In this document: one piece after another, positions 30,323-40,640 of the stretch
How positions within the stretch are numbered: position 1 is the first letter of the stretch
Layout of the letters: each line of letters opens with the position of its first letter
NCBI GenBank assembly: GCA_963827235.1
Contig: CAWHAE010000012.1
Location: forward strand, 672,001-736,000
DNA from: an uncultured bacterium
GTDB taxonomy: Bacteria; Chloroflexota; UBA5177; JANWHV01
Length of the DNA: 64,000 nt
Reading direction: 5' to 3'
Position numbers and translations under genes: made by a program
Notes under the pieces: generated by a model
Told to the model about the DNA's origin: nothing
The model's database searches: none
Seen by the model: only the letters and a program-made list of their open reading frames with translations

Positions 30323-32302
30323 ATGCCTGAGTTCAAGGTCGTCTCCGATTTCGTTCCGCGCGGCGACCAGGTTACCGCCATTCCGCAGCTCATCGAGGGA
30401 GTCCGCAACGGTGAGCGCCACCAGACCCTGCTCGGTGTGACGGGCAGCGGCAAGACGTTTACCGTCAGTCAGGTCGTGCAGGAGGTCCAGCGCCCTACGC
30501 TGGTGCTCGCGCCGAACAAGACGCTCGCGGCCCAGCTTTACAGCGAGTTTCGCGAGTTCTTCCCCAACAACGCGGTGGAGTACTTCGTCAGCTACTACGA
30601 CTACTACCAGCCTGAGGCCTATATTCCCCGGTCCGACGTCTATATCGAGAAGGAATCCACGCTGAACGAGGAGATCGAGAAGCTCCGCTTGTCGGCCACC
30701 CGGTCCCTCTTCGAGCGCCGCGACGTGCTGATCGTGGCCTCGGTCTCCTGTATCTACGGTCTTGGCTCGCCCGAGGACTACAACAACGTGGTGGTCAAGC
30801 TCCGCCGGGGCGAGATACATCGGCGCGACAAAGTACTGCGCCATTTGACGGAGATACTCTACGAGCGAAACGACATGGATTTCAATCGCGGCAAGTTCCG
30901 CGTGCGCGGCGACGTGCTGGAGATCTACCCGGCATACGAGGACCTTGCTTACCGTATAGAGTTCTTCGGGGACGAGATCGAGCGCATCAGTCAGGTGGAT
31001 CCGCTGACCGGCGAACTGCTTTCCAGCCAGGCGCAGATCGACATCTACCCGGCCAGGCACTTCGTCACACAGCAGGACAAGCTACTGCGCGCCATCGTGA
31101 CCATCGAGGAGGAGCTGGGCGAGCGAAGGTCCGAGCTGGAGTCGCAGGGCAAGCTGCTGGAGGCGCAGCGAATCCATCAGCGTACGAACTTCGACCTTGA
31201 GATGCTGCGGGAGACCGGAGTCTGCAACGGCATCGAGAATTACTCCCGCCACCTGGCCGGCCGCGGTGCCGGCGAGCGGCCCTGGACCTTGCTCGATTAC
31301 TTCCCCGACGACTTCCTCCTGATAGTCGATGAATCGCACGTCTCCTTGCCCCAGGTACGCGGTATGTACGGCGGGGATCGGTCCCGCAAGGAGATCCTAG
31401 TGGAGTACGGCTTCCGGCTGCCAAGTGCCCTAGACAACCGGCCGCTCACGTTTTCCGAGTTCGAGGCCACGGTGCACCAGGCGATCTACGTGTCGGCCAC
31501 GCCGGGGCCCTATGAGTACGAGCACAGCGCCCGGGTGGTCGAACAGATCATTCGGCCCACCGGGCTGATCGATCCCAGCGTGGAAGTCCGGCCGACCAAG
31601 GGACAAATAGACGCGCTGATCGAAGCCGTGCGCGACAGGGTGAGCCGGCATCAGCGGGTGCTGATCACCACCCTGACAAAGAAGATGGCGGAGGATCTCG
31701 CGGAGTATATGCGCGAGCTTGGCGTCAAGGTGCATTATCTGCACAGTGAGATGGACGTCATCGAGCGTGTCGACATCTTGCGCGACTTGCGGCTCGGCAC
31801 TTATGACGTCGTGGTCGGCATCAACCTGCTGCGCGAAGGACTGGATCTACCCGAGGTGAGCCTTATCGGCATTCTCGACGCCGATAAGGAAGGCTACCTG
31901 CGCTCAGAAACCTCGCTGATCCAGACGATCGGTCGCGCCGCGCGCCACATCGACGGGCATGTGATCATGTTTGCCGACACGGAGACGCACTCCATGCAGC
32001 GGGCGCTCGGGGAGACCAACCGCCGCCGAGCGAGGCAGATCGCATACAACGAGGCGCACAACATCGTGCCCGTGGGCATCACCAAGAGCATCCGTGATCT
32101 CGGCGATCGGGTGCGCGCGGTAGCCGAGAAGCCGGCTGCCTATCAAGTTGCCGCGGAGCTGCCCAGGGACGAGGTGACGCGCATCATGAAGGACCTCGAC
32201 TCCCAGATGAAATCGGCAGCGCGCCAGCTCGAGTTCGAGCGGGCGGCTGAGCTACGCGATCAGATCAGCCAACTCCGGCGGCAGCTCGAAGAGCGACGCT
32301 AG
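30323..32302 (+). CDS. uvrB: Excinuclease ABC subunit B
   Basis: [36 protein letters not shown] and C-terminal UVR domain. GGAGG RBS. Confidence 0.99.
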   Translation: MPEFKVVSDFVPRGDQVTAIPQLIEGVRNGERHQTLLGVTGSGKTFTVSQVVQEVQRPTLVLAPNKTLAAQLYSEFREFFPNNAVEYFVSYYDYYQPEAYIPRSDVYIEKESTLNEEIEKLRLSATRSLFERRDVLIVASVSCIYGLGSPEDYNNVVVKLRRGEIHRRDKVLRHLTEILYERNDMDFNRGKFRVRGDVLEIYPAYEDLAYRIEFFGDEIERISQVDPLTGELLSSQAQIDIYPARHFVTQQDKLLRAIVTIEEELGERRSELESQGKLLEAQRIHQRTNFDLEMLRETGVCNGIENYSRHLAGRGAGERPWTLLDYFPDDFLLIVDESHVSLPQVRGMYGGDRSRKEILVEYGFRLPSALDNRPLTFSEFEATVHQAIYVSATPGPYEYEHSARVVEQIIRPTGLIDPSVEVRPTKGQIDALIEAVRDRVSRHQRVLITTLTKKMAEDLAEYMRELGVKVHYLHSEMDVIERVDILRDLRLGTYDVVVGINLLREGLDLPEVSLIGILDADKEGYLRSETSLIQTIGRAARHIDGHVIMFADTETHSMQRALGETNRRRARQIAYNEAHNIVPVGITKSIRDLGDRVRAVAEKPAAYQVAAELPRDEVTRIMKDLDSQMKSAARQLEFERAAELRDQISQLRRQLEERR

Positions 32303-32333
32303 GTCTCCGGCTCAGCCTGCTGCCGGCCCCTTC

Positions 32334-34997
32334 TCATGCAGCAGGTTGCCGACCTAGCAGGTTGCCGACCTGTGAGAGCGCTTCGTCCAGTTTACCGGCG
32401 TCCTGTCCCCCTGCCTTCGCCATGTCGGGACGGCCGCCGCCACGGCCGCCCACCACCGCGGCCAACGTGTTGACGAGCGTGCCCGCGTGATAGCCGCGCT
32501 GGACTAGGTCCTTGGTGACCATCACCAGAAGCTGGGGCTTGTCCGCGAACACCGTGCCGAGGACGACGATGCCGGATCCGAGCTTGTCGCGCAGCCAGTC
32601 TCCCATTTCACCCAACGACTTCCCATCCGGCGCCTGCACGCGGCCGGCGACGAAGGCGACGCCGTTGCTGCGCTCGGCACGGCTCAGCAGCGACTCCAGG
32701 GCATTCCTGGCGCTGTTGGCACTCACCTGCTCCAACTGGCGCTGGACCTGCTTGAGCTCAGCCAGCAGTCCGTCCACGCGCTCGGCGACCTGATTCACCG
32801 GCGTACCGAGGCGCGCGGCAACCTCCTGCAGGCTGTCGACCTGGGCAGTTGCCCACGCATCGGCCCCGCGTCCGGTCAGCGCCTCGATCCGCCGGATGCC
32901 GCTCGAGCTGCTGCTCTCCTGCACGATGCGAAACAGCCCGATCTCGCCGGTCCTTGCCACGTGCGTGCCGCCGCACAGCTCACGTGAGCAATAGGGAGCG
33001 CCGTCGGCGCAGCCCGTGGTCACCATGCGCACGCTATCTCCGTATTTCTCGCCGAAGAGGGCGATGGCACCCTCTTGTAGAGCCTCCTGCTGGCCGAGCA
33101 CGCGCCAATCGACCGCCGTATCGGCGCGGATCCATTCGTTGATGCCCATTTCGATCCGGCGGATCTGATCCTGGCTGATCGACCGTGGATGCGTGAAGTC
33201 GAAACGCAGCCGATCGGGCGCTACCAAGGATCCGGCCTGTGCGGCGTGTTCTCCCAGCACGTTGCGCGCGACGCGATGGAGCATGTGCGTCGCCGTGTGG
33301 TTGCGCATGATGTCGTGCCGCCGCTCCACGTCCACGCTCGCCTGCACCGTCTCGCCGACCGACAGCGTGCCTGTTTCCACCGTGCCGTAGTGCACGATCA
33401 GTCCAGGTACCGGGCGCTGCGTATCCTCGACGCGCACCCTGCCATAGGGACCGGCAATGATGCCGGTGTCTCCCACCTGGCCCCCTCCCTGCGCGTAGAA
33501 CGGAGTGCTGTCCAGCACAATGCGCACGCTGTCCTCAGCCCCTGCCGCCGGAACGTTCTCGCCTTCGGCCAATACGGCAAGCACCGTACTTTGCCCCGCC
33601 ATGCTGCCGTAACCGATGAACTGAGTGGGTGGCAGATCCTGACCTGCCCACAGCTCGGCCTCCGCGTCCCGCTTGAACTTGGCGGCTTCCTTTCCGCGGC
33701 GCTTCTGCTCGGCCAGCTCATGGTCGAACTCGTCCTGATCGACCTCGATCTCCCGTCCGCCGGCGATCTTCTGCGTCAGATCCAGGGGGAAGCCGTGGGT
33801 ATCGTGCAGCAGGAATGCCGTCTTGCCGGATAGCCGCTCACCGGCCGGCAGCTCGGCCAGCGCCGCGTCGAGCAGTCGAAGTCCGCTTTCGATGGTGTGG
33901 CCGAAACGCCCCTCCTCGGCGGTCAGTGTCTCGAGGATGAACTCGCGACGTATCCTTAGCGCCGGGTAGGCATCGCCCATGCTCTCAATCACCACCGCGG
34001 CGGCGTCGGCGAGGAAGGGCTTGACCAACCCAATCGTCCGACCCTGATACGCGGCACGGCGCAGAATTCGCCGCAGGACATAGGAATGCTTGCCCTTGCC
34101 CGGGAGGATGCCGTCCGCTATGAGGTGCGTGCAGGCGCGGGCGTGGTCGGCAATGGCACGGTATGCGGCCAGGTGCTTCTGCAGGTGCTGCTCATCTCCA
34201 CCTGCCAGCTCCATGGTGCGGCGAATGATGGGCAGAAAGAGATCGGTATCGTACGTGGAGTGGACACCCTGAAGCACCATGGATATTCGCTCGAGGCCCA
34301 TGCCGGTGTCGATCGACGGCTTGGGCAGGGGACGCATGGTGGCGCGGTCGTATTGCATGAACACGAGGTTCCAGATCTCGACGTAGTCGGGATCGTCGCT
34401 GTTCACACCAGCACTCGTCATCTTCGACAGGTCGTCCCCGATGTACATGGTGATCTCGGAGCAGGGCCCGCAGGGCCCGGTGTCGCCCATCAGCCAGAAG
34501 TTGTCCTTGGCGCCAAAACGCAGGACGCGATCGCGAGCCGAGCCGGTTTCGAGCCACAGCTGTTCTGCTTCCTCGTCGGCCGGGACCTGATCGTCGCCCT
34601 CGAACACGGTGAACCACAGGCGCTCCACGGGCAACTCGAGCTCGTGGGTGAGAAGGTCCCACGCGAACCGGATGGCATCGCGCTTGAAGTAGTCGCCAAA
34701 GGAGAAGTTGCCCAGCATCTCGAAGAACGTATGGTGCCTGGGCGAGATACCTACCTCTTCCAGGTCATTGTGTTTGCCGGAGACGCGCAGTACGCGCTGC
34801 GATGTGGTCGCACGCACGTAAGGCCGCGACTCGAGGCCGAGAAACGTGTCTTTGAACGGGACCATGCCGGCGTTGGTGAAGAGCAAGGTCGGATCATTGC
34901 CGGGAATGAGCGAGCTGCTGGGTACCTCGGTGTGCCCTCGGCGCGCAAAAAAGTCGAGGAAGGCCCGACGTGTTTCATTGCCTGTCAGAGATTTCAT
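32334..34997 (-). CDS. alaS: Alanine--tRNA ligase
   Basis: DPTLLFTNAGM, FFEMLGNFSFGDYFK, IDTGMGLER, HTATH, ELCGGTH and GRGGGR motifs. Confidence 0.99.
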   Translation of the reverse strand: MKSLTGNETRRAFLDFFARRGHTEVPSSSLIPGNDPTLLFTNAGMVPFKDTFLGLESRPYVRATTSQRVLRVSGKHNDLEEVGISPRHHTFFEMLGNFSFGDYFKRDAIRFAWDLLTHELELPVERLWFTVFEGDDQVPADEEAEQLWLETGSARDRVLRFGAKDNFWLMGDTGPCGPCSEITMYIGDDLSKMTSAGVNSDDPDYVEIWNLVFMQYDRATMRPLPKPSIDTGMGLERISMVLQGVHSTYDTDLFLPIIRRTMELAGGDEQHLQKHLAAYRAIADHARACTHLIADGILPGKGKHSYVLRRILRRAAYQGRTIGLVKPFLADAAAVVIESMGDAYPALRIRREFILETLTAEEGRFGHTIESGLRLLDAALAELPAGERLSGKTAFLLHDTHGFPLDLTQKIAGGREIEVDQDEFDHELAEQKRRGKEAAKFKRDAEAELWAGQDLPPTQFIGYGSMAGQSTVLAVLAEGENVPAAGAEDSVRIVLDSTPFYAQGGGQVGDTGIIAGPYGRVRVEDTQRPVPGLIVHYGTVETGTLSVGETVQASVDVERRHDIMRNHTATHMLHRVARNVLGEHAAQAGSLVAPDRLRFDFTHPRSISQDQIRRIEMGINEWIRADTAVDWRVLGQQEALQEGAIALFGEKYGDSVRMVTTGCADGAPYCSRELCGGTHVARTGEIGLFRIVQESSSSSGIRRIEALTGRGADAWATAQVDSLQEVAARLGTPVNQVAERVDGLLAELKQVQRQLEQVSANSARNALESLLSRAERSNGVAFVAGRVQAPDGKSLGEMGDWLRDKLGSGIVVLGTVFADKPQLLVMVTKDLVQRGYHAGTLVNTLAAVVGGRGGGRPDMAKAGGQDAGKLDEALSQVGNLLGRQPAA

Positions 34998-35307
34998 AGA
35001 GTCCTTTGTTGCCTCCGCCCGGGTCTCCCTTGACGCTCGCCTCTGCATGCGAAGAGACGGCCGCGCGGTGGAAGGTTGCTGATAGCCCACTACTCTACAC
35101 TTTAACCGAAACCCATCCGGCACCGCCCATCGTGCACCTACCGGCGCCGCCCACACCGTTGGCTCAGTTCGCAGTACAGTAGCCAGTAGATACGCACGTG
35201 ATCTGCAGAGTGGCAGGTCATCGGCAAAAGCCTGTAGCCCGAGCAGGCTGCAGGCTCTCCGCATGCCTGACCGCGTGCTTTTGGTTCGGTTCTGCGGTGT
35301 AGGGAGC

Positions 35308-36138
35308 ATGGTAGGCGAGAATTCCGCGCTCTACGGCTTCAGTCCTCTAGCTGCCGGCTCGGCGGCCGCGTTCAGGCTGCGCGCGGCGGCCGACCGCTTG
35401 GCTCGGTATCCCTTGCTCAGCGCCATGCTCAGCGTGGCGAGCTTCGCGTTCTTGGGTCCGGTGGCAGCACTGATTCTGGTGGCCACGATCCTCGATCATG
35501 AGTTCGCCCATCGCTACATGATGCGCAGGCTGGGATATGCGCCGGGGCCGGTGAAGCTGCTGCCCATTATCGGCGCCTACGTACGGGCAGGCAGGCCGAT
35601 GTTATGCAGCGCGGACATCGCGCTGATCTACCTCGCCGGGCCGGTTGCCGGTATCCTGAGCGCTGAGTCGGCGGCCTTCGTGGCGTCGAAAACGTTGGCG
35701 GCGGGCATAGAGCAGCAGGTGTTCATCGGCGCGGCAGTGGCGATTGGCTTGAACCTGGTCAATCTCTTGCCCTACGAGCCGCTCGACGGTGGCTTGATCA
35801 GCCGCGCTCTACCGTATCCCGCCCTGCTCCTCTTCCCGGTGGGGCTGGCGGCATGGCTGTTTCAGGCCGGTTTGCTCGCGACGCGGGGCGGCGGCATGAC
35901 TATCGCTTTTGCCGTTGTGGTTGCCATGCATCGCGTGAACAAGTGGCGGCAGTACGCCCGAGGCCTGCGTGCGCGCATGGACGAAGGTGATACGGTCGCC
36001 CTCCAACAGTGGCAGCTGAGCTTCAACGTCCCTCTGGCGATCCGGATCCTCGTGGCCTGCGTCTACGGCTTGACGATCATCGGCGGGGCGGCGATGTTCG
36101 TAAACGTGGCCGCGGTCGCTTACCAAACCGTTCCTTGA
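35308..36138 (+). CDS. Site-2 protease family (M50) membrane metalloprotease
   Basis: HEFAH zinc motif, AGP, NLLPYEPLDGG; multiple TM segments. Confidence 0.85.
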   Translation: MVGENSALYGFSPLAAGSAAAFRLRAAADRLARYPLLSAMLSVASFAFLGPVAALILVATILDHEFAHRYMMRRLGYAPGPVKLLPIIGAYVRAGRPMLCSADIALIYLAGPVAGILSAESAAFVASKTLAAGIEQQVFIGAAVAIGLNLVNLLPYEPLDGGLISRALPYPALLLFPVGLAAWLFQAGLLATRGGGMTIAFAVVVAMHRVNKWRQYARGLRARMDEGDTVALQQWQLSFNVPLAIRILVACVYGLTIIGGAAMFVNVAAVAYQTVP

Positions 36139-36163
36139 CAACCGTGCGGAGGGCTGGTACGGT
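36135..36163 (+). promoter_or_regulatory. Sigma70-type promoter for microprotein 1 / amtB
   Basis: TTGACA-17 nt-TACGGT with an extended TG. Same architecture as the promoter at 38561. Confidence 0.65.
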
Positions 36164-36220
36164 TAACAGAAGGGGAGCGGGCACAGCGCTTTGGTGCATG
36201 TTTCCCCGAAGGTCTGGCAC

Positions 36221-36258
36221 AGGCGCCGTTCGTCGATACGACGAGGGCGCTTTGTATT
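36221..36258 (+). terminator. Intrinsic terminator-like hairpin (attenuator in the leader, or terminator of the M50 gene)
   Basis: AGGCGCC-G-TTCGTCG-ATA-CGACGAG-GGCGCTT stem (~14 bp) followed by TGTATT. Confidence 0.55.
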
Positions 36259-36315
36259 AATCTGGCGGCGTTGCCAACTCCCTCCGGCCCTCCGATCCGA
36301 GTGGCCCCTATCCGT

Positions 36316-36351
36316 GGCTCGGCGATTGAGCCAAGGCGCATTGCTGCACGG
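36316..36351 (+). ncRNA. Conserved leader motif copy 1 (candidate cis-regulatory RNA)
   Basis: GGCTC-7nt-GAGCC hairpin + AAGGCGCATTGCTGCACGG; near-identical to 38754-38789. Confidence 0.55.
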
Positions 36352-36480
36352 CTGGTCGTCTCTGGTTCCGCGATTTCGGGCGACACCCACGCGCTAATGG
36401 TGGATGAGTCGCTCCGGGCCCGCGGCCGCCTACAGCACACACCGGCGCTCGCCGGTGGCTCGACACGAATAGGAGATACT

Positions 36481-36606
36481 ATGATGGCCGTTCTCGTTTT
36501 CGCCCTTTTCGCCGCGCATGTCGTCGCCTGGGTGGCTCTTCCTGATCGCAAGAGCGAAGATAGCCGAACAGTGCAAGTGCCTGTCGCGGCCCCGGCTATG
36601 GCCTGA
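36481..36606 (+). CDS. Single-TM microprotein 1 (41 aa: MMAVLVFALFAAHVVAWVALPDRKSEDSRTVQVPVAAPAMA)
   Basis: AGGAG RBS. Paralogous to 38926-39063 (identical FAAHVVAWVALP). Confidence 0.85.
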   Translation: MMAVLVFALFAAHVVAWVALPDRKSEDSRTVQVPVAAPAMA

Positions 36607-36887
36607 TCCGGAGACGGCAAGCCTTCTATCTCTGGTGCCGGGAGCGAATCATATGCGGCAGAGCGGCACGGTCTATCCGTAGCGCCCTCGTCGCGCGGGT
36701 CGTGCCGCCGCCATTTCGGCAGAGCGCGGCAGCCGGTCCCGGCTGAGCATGTCCGGCCTTTGCTCCGTGCGGCCATTCTGATGGCCGGCTCGGTGCGTCA
36801 TTGGGTGGACTTCTCAGAACATCATCCTGCGTGGGACCGTCTGGACGGACGGATCCCGCATTGTAGTATTTTGGAGCAGATTCGCCG

Positions 36888-38249
36888 ATGAAGCGCATCC
36901 CTCTGCTAATCATGGCGGCAATGGTCTTCGGCTTCTCCATGGGTGCCTTGCCGAACGTCGTCCATGCCGCGACTGAGGCTGCTACCCGAGTTGCCTCGCA
37001 CGCCAGCGCATCGCCGCCGTGGACGCCTAGTGCCGGCGATACATCTTGGGTACTGGTATCGGCAGCGCTCGTCATGCTTATGACGCCTGCCCTCGGCTTC
37101 TTCTACGGCGGTTTGGTCCGTCCGAAGAATGCCCTGTCCACCATCATGCACAGTTTCTTCATTCTGTGTTTGATCAGCGTGCAGTGGGTACTCTGGGGTT
37201 ACTCGCTGGCCTTCGGTCCTGACCATGGACACCTCATAGGAGGTCTCGACTGGGCACTATTGAAGAACGTGAGTGCCTACAAGCCGGATCCATTCGGCTA
37301 TGCCCCGACTGTTCCTCACCAGGCATACATGGTCTTCCAGATGATGTTTGCGGTGATCACGCCGGCATTGATCACGGGTGCCTTCGCCGAGCGAAAGCGG
37401 TTCAAGGCCTACGTGTTGTTCAGCCTGCTGTGGGCGACGTTCATTTACGATCCTCTCGCTCACTGGGTGTGGGGCTACAACGGTTGGCTGCGCAATCTCG
37501 GCGCCCTGGACTTTGCCGGTGGCAGCGTCGTGCACATGAGTTCCGGTATTTCCGCCATCGTGGCAGCCAAGATGCTGGGTCCGCGTATTGGACTCGGCAA
37601 GGAGAAGATGGAGCCGCACGACGCGACGTACGTCGTGCTTGGCGCTTCACTGCTGTGGTTCGGCTGGTTCGGCTTCAACGCGGGTAGCGCGGTGGCTGCC
37701 GGAGGTCTGGCGACTTCGGCATTCGTGGTGACGAACACGGCAACGGCCATGGCTGGCCTCACATACCTGACGGTGAGCTGGTGGCACAAAGGCCAGCCGA
37801 GCGCGATCGGCGCTGCCGTGGGCGCGGTATGCGGCCTGGTCGCCATCACGCCGGCCTCCGGTTTCGTCGATGTCAGCGGCTCCGTGCTGATCGGTATCGG
37901 TGCCGGCACGATCTGCTACTTCAGTGGGCAGCTCAAGAACCTTATCAAGGCCGACGATGCACTCGACGTGTTCGCTTGCCACGGCATAGGCGGCACTTGG
38001 GGCGCCTTCGCAACCGGCATTTTCGCCACGACCGCCATCAACCCGGCCGGCTCCGGCGTGGTGGATGGGCACTGGCAGCAGATGCTCTACCAGCTCGCCG
38101 ACATCGGGGCCACGTGGGCGTACGCCGGCATCGGCACCTTTATCCTGCTCAAGATCGTCAACGCCGCGGTGGGACTGCGCGTGGACGAACGTGAAGAAGT
38201 ACTGGGTCTGGACGTGTCGCAGCACGGCGAGGCCGCCTATGGTATCTGA
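36888..38249 (+). CDS. amtB: Ammonium transporter
   Basis: LVMLMTPALGFFYGG, FQMMFA, DFAGGSVVH, LWFGWFGFNAGS, DDALDVF..HG and GLD..HGE.AY motifs; N-terminal signal peptide. Confidence 0.98.
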   Translation: MKRIPLLIMAAMVFGFSMGALPNVVHAATEAATRVASHASASPPWTPSAGDTSWVLVSAALVMLMTPALGFFYGGLVRPKNALSTIMHSFFILCLISVQWVLWGYSLAFGPDHGHLIGGLDWALLKNVSAYKPDPFGYAPTVPHQAYMVFQMMFAVITPALITGAFAERKRFKAYVLFSLLWATFIYDPLAHWVWGYNGWLRNLGALDFAGGSVVHMSSGISAIVAAKMLGPRIGLGKEKMEPHDATYVVLGASLLWFGWFGFNAGSAVAAGGLATSAFVVTNTATAMAGLTYLTVSWWHKGQPSAIGAAVGAVCGLVAITPASGFVDVSGSVLIGIGAGTICYFSGQLKNLIKADDALDVFACHGIGGTWGAFATGIFATTAINPAGSGVVDGHWQQMLYQLADIGATWAYAGIGTFILLKIVNAAVGLRVDEREEVLGLDVSQHGEAAYGI

Positions 38250-38560
38250 TCTCGCTTAAGCCTCGCAGGCGACGTGAGTTCGCCGTGCCGCCACTGCAGT
38301 CTGGCACTCGACCTCCCGCGGGCATCCAACCTTTAAGTGAAGGTGGGTTGCGATCGCGGGAGGTCGTCGCGTCTGAGGTCGTGAACAAACGTCCGGCATC
38401 GCACTGCCAAGCGCCGTGGCACATAGGGCGCGCAGCACATCTACCCGCCCAGGTGACTGCGAACAAATGCGGCTCGCCCCTACTCGGGCCGGCAGGGCGT
38501 CGCGGCGTGCTTTCGGCAGCATACCTCGCGACCACCCTGCGGACTGGACCATTCCTGTGG

Positions 38561-38589
38561 TTGACACCCCCTGGGGGCTTTGGTACTGT
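38561..38589 (+). promoter_or_regulatory. Sigma70-type promoter for microprotein 2
   Basis: TTGACA-17 nt-TACTGT with an extended TG. Confidence 0.65.
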
Positions 38590-38753
38590 GACTGCATCCG
38601 GCCGGGCATAAGGTGCCTTGGCCCGAGGGACCGGCCTGGAGTGCCGGTGTATCCGCAGCGCGCGTAGGAAGGGGGCGGTGGCCGGTCAGTCTCTTGGCGA
38701 CGTAGCCATGTATGCTTGGCCTGCCGCGAGAGTCGGCCGGCCCGGCAAGTCAA

Positions 38754-38801
38754 CGCTCGATGTTGGAGCGAAGGCGCATTGATGCACGGACCCTTCGGGG
38801 T
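38754..38801 (+). ncRNA. Conserved leader motif copy 2 (candidate cis-regulatory RNA)
   Basis: CGCTC-7nt-GAGCG hairpin + AAGGCGCATTGATGCACGG, then an ACCC-TTCG-GGGT (UUCG tetraloop) hairpin. Confidence 0.55.
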
Positions 38802-38925
38802 TGCTCGGTCGTAGTGGACCGGCAGTTGTGTGCCAGGATGGCGCGCAATCCCGTTTGTTACTCGCACATGTATTGCACGTTCGCCGGCGGGTTCCGGCGG
38901 ACCGACACATGAAAGAGAACGCACA

Positions 38926-39063
38926 ATGGCCGCTATCGTGTTCATAGCTTTTGCCGCGCACGTCGTGGCGTGGGTTGCACTCCCCGGCAGTAAGGTCACC
39001 ACCAAGGTCGTGCGGTCTGAGGCCGCACCTGCCCCAATCGTCGCCGTTGCGGCAACCGCGTAA
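38926..39063 (+). CDS. Single-TM microprotein 2 (45 aa: MAAIVFIAFAAHVVAWVALPGSKVTTKVVRSEAAPAPIVAVAATA)
   Basis: Purine-rich GAAAGAG upstream of ATG. Paralogue of 36481-36606. Confidence 0.85.
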   Translation: MAAIVFIAFAAHVVAWVALPGSKVTTKVVRSEAAPAPIVAVAATA

Positions 39064-39654
39064 GTGCGGCAGGTGCACGCGCGTATCCTGCAGGATCCCG
39101 TCCTACCAAGAGGGGCGGGCTTGTAGCGCACGTCAACACCCTGCTCGACGCCGAATGAGGTAATCTCCGCGTAGATATCGCCTGCACACGGCACGGAGTG
39201 TCGTGTGCAGGCGATAACGCGTTCTCGGCCTGCGGGCGACCGCTGCGAACGACAATATGGAAGCGCGGCCGCACAGAGTGCCTCGTGTGGCGGAATTCGT
39301 GGCACATTTGAGGCTGTACGAGTACGCTTTGCGTGTATCGCTCAGCCATTCGGGGGAGCAGCGGATCTGCCCAGACTGCGATGCTTGATCTGTCGGCTTC
39401 TGCTCCAATCGATCGGGTCTCGATTGCTCCAGGGCCGGCTTCCCATTTCCGGAGCGTCCGCTGTGGCGGCGCGCCACGCACTCGACAACGATCGACCGCT
39501 AGAATCAGTACGGCATATGCGCCGTGGCGGCGGTGCGGCAAGTAGTGACATTGCCCGGATGGCGCCGGCCCGCGGCCTCGACGCCGAAGCCCGGAGCCAG
39601 GGCACGGGTGCTACTGCCCGACGGCCGTGAGGGCGGTATGCCCGCGGAGGGTTA

Positions 39655-40638
39655 ATGGGTCTCGCAGGTGACACCCGAGCGGGGGTCAGACTGGCGCTGC
39701 GCGCCTTCTACAAGTTCAACAACGACTGGACGCTCAACCTCGCGGCCATGGTTGCGTACAACGCGCTTACTTCGTTCTTCCCGCTGGCGCTGGCGCTGAT
39801 CACCATCCTGGCGGCGGTGCCAAACGTAGCGGGCAGCCGGGATGCCGTGGCGAGGCAGCTGTATCTGATCCTGCCCTCGGACATTCAGTCACAGATCAAC
39901 ATCAGCAATGCGATCGCGCAGGTCAACGATCGATCGCTTCTACTCACGGTAGTCAGCATCGTGGGACTGCTCTGGGGCGGCAGCAACCTGTTCGGGTCGA
40001 TTGAAAGCGCGTTCGCGATCATCTTCAGAGTGAAGACACGTGACATCGTGCCGCAGAAAGCGATGGCGGTCGCCATGATCGTGGTGCTGGCCGTGCTCCT
40101 GCCCCTGTCGTTCATCTCTACATTCCTGGTCAGCGCGGCGACCACGACGCTGGGGAGGATACTTCCGTCTTACATGAACGGACCGCTGGCGGTAATCGTG
40201 GGTCTGTGCACGAGCTTCGCCGCGCTGTTTGTGCTGTTCTTGCTCATCTACACAACGGTGCCCAATCTGCCGATTCACTGGCGTTATGCCTGGCGAGGCG
40301 CACTGTTGGCGGCCGCGGTCATGACGGTTGTGAACAGCCTCTTTCCTGCTTATGCCGCCCATTTCCTGGGCAGCAGGCAGTACGGCACGGCTGCTCTTGC
40401 CACGGCGATCATTGCCATCACCTGGTTCTGGTTCTTTTCCGTCGTGTTGCTCGCGGGAGCGCAGGTGAACGCACTGCGCATGGGCATCGGCCATTGGCGC
40501 TACGATCTGCCTCGCACGCTGATGGACCAGAATATTCCGACCTTGGACGGCGCGCCCACGGCCATGGCCGCACTGCAGCAGTCGCGCGATGCCGATGTAT
40601 TCGATACTCCGGTGGGAATCATGCGAGACAAGCCTTAG
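39655..40638 (+). CDS. YihY/virulence factor BrkB family membrane protein
   Basis: AAMVAYNALTSFFP, LIYTTVPN, YG..A..I..WFW..SVVLLAGAQVN pattern. Confidence 0.9.
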   Translation: MGLAGDTRAGVRLALRAFYKFNNDWTLNLAAMVAYNALTSFFPLALALITILAAVPNVAGSRDAVARQLYLILPSDIQSQINISNAIAQVNDRSLLLTVVSIVGLLWGGSNLFGSIESAFAIIFRVKTRDIVPQKAMAVAMIVVLAVLLPLSFISTFLVSAATTTLGRILPSYMNGPLAVIVGLCTSFAALFVLFLLIYTTVPNLPIHWRYAWRGALLAAAVMTVVNSLFPAYAAHFLGSRQYGTAALATAIIAITWFWFFSVVLLAGAQVNALRMGIGHWRYDLPRTLMDQNIPTLDGAPTAMAALQQSRDADVFDTPVGIMRDKP

Positions 40639-40640
40639 CC

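Noticed and set aside
34998-35260. T-box leader upstream of alaS
   Set aside because: No GGTGG-ACC-CG T-box sequence seen on the minus strand.
36360-36400. ykkC/guanidine-like GGTTCCGCGAT, and glutamine riboswitch similarity in the microprotein leaders
   Set aside because: Only short word matches; the conserved 3' cores of those riboswitches are absent.
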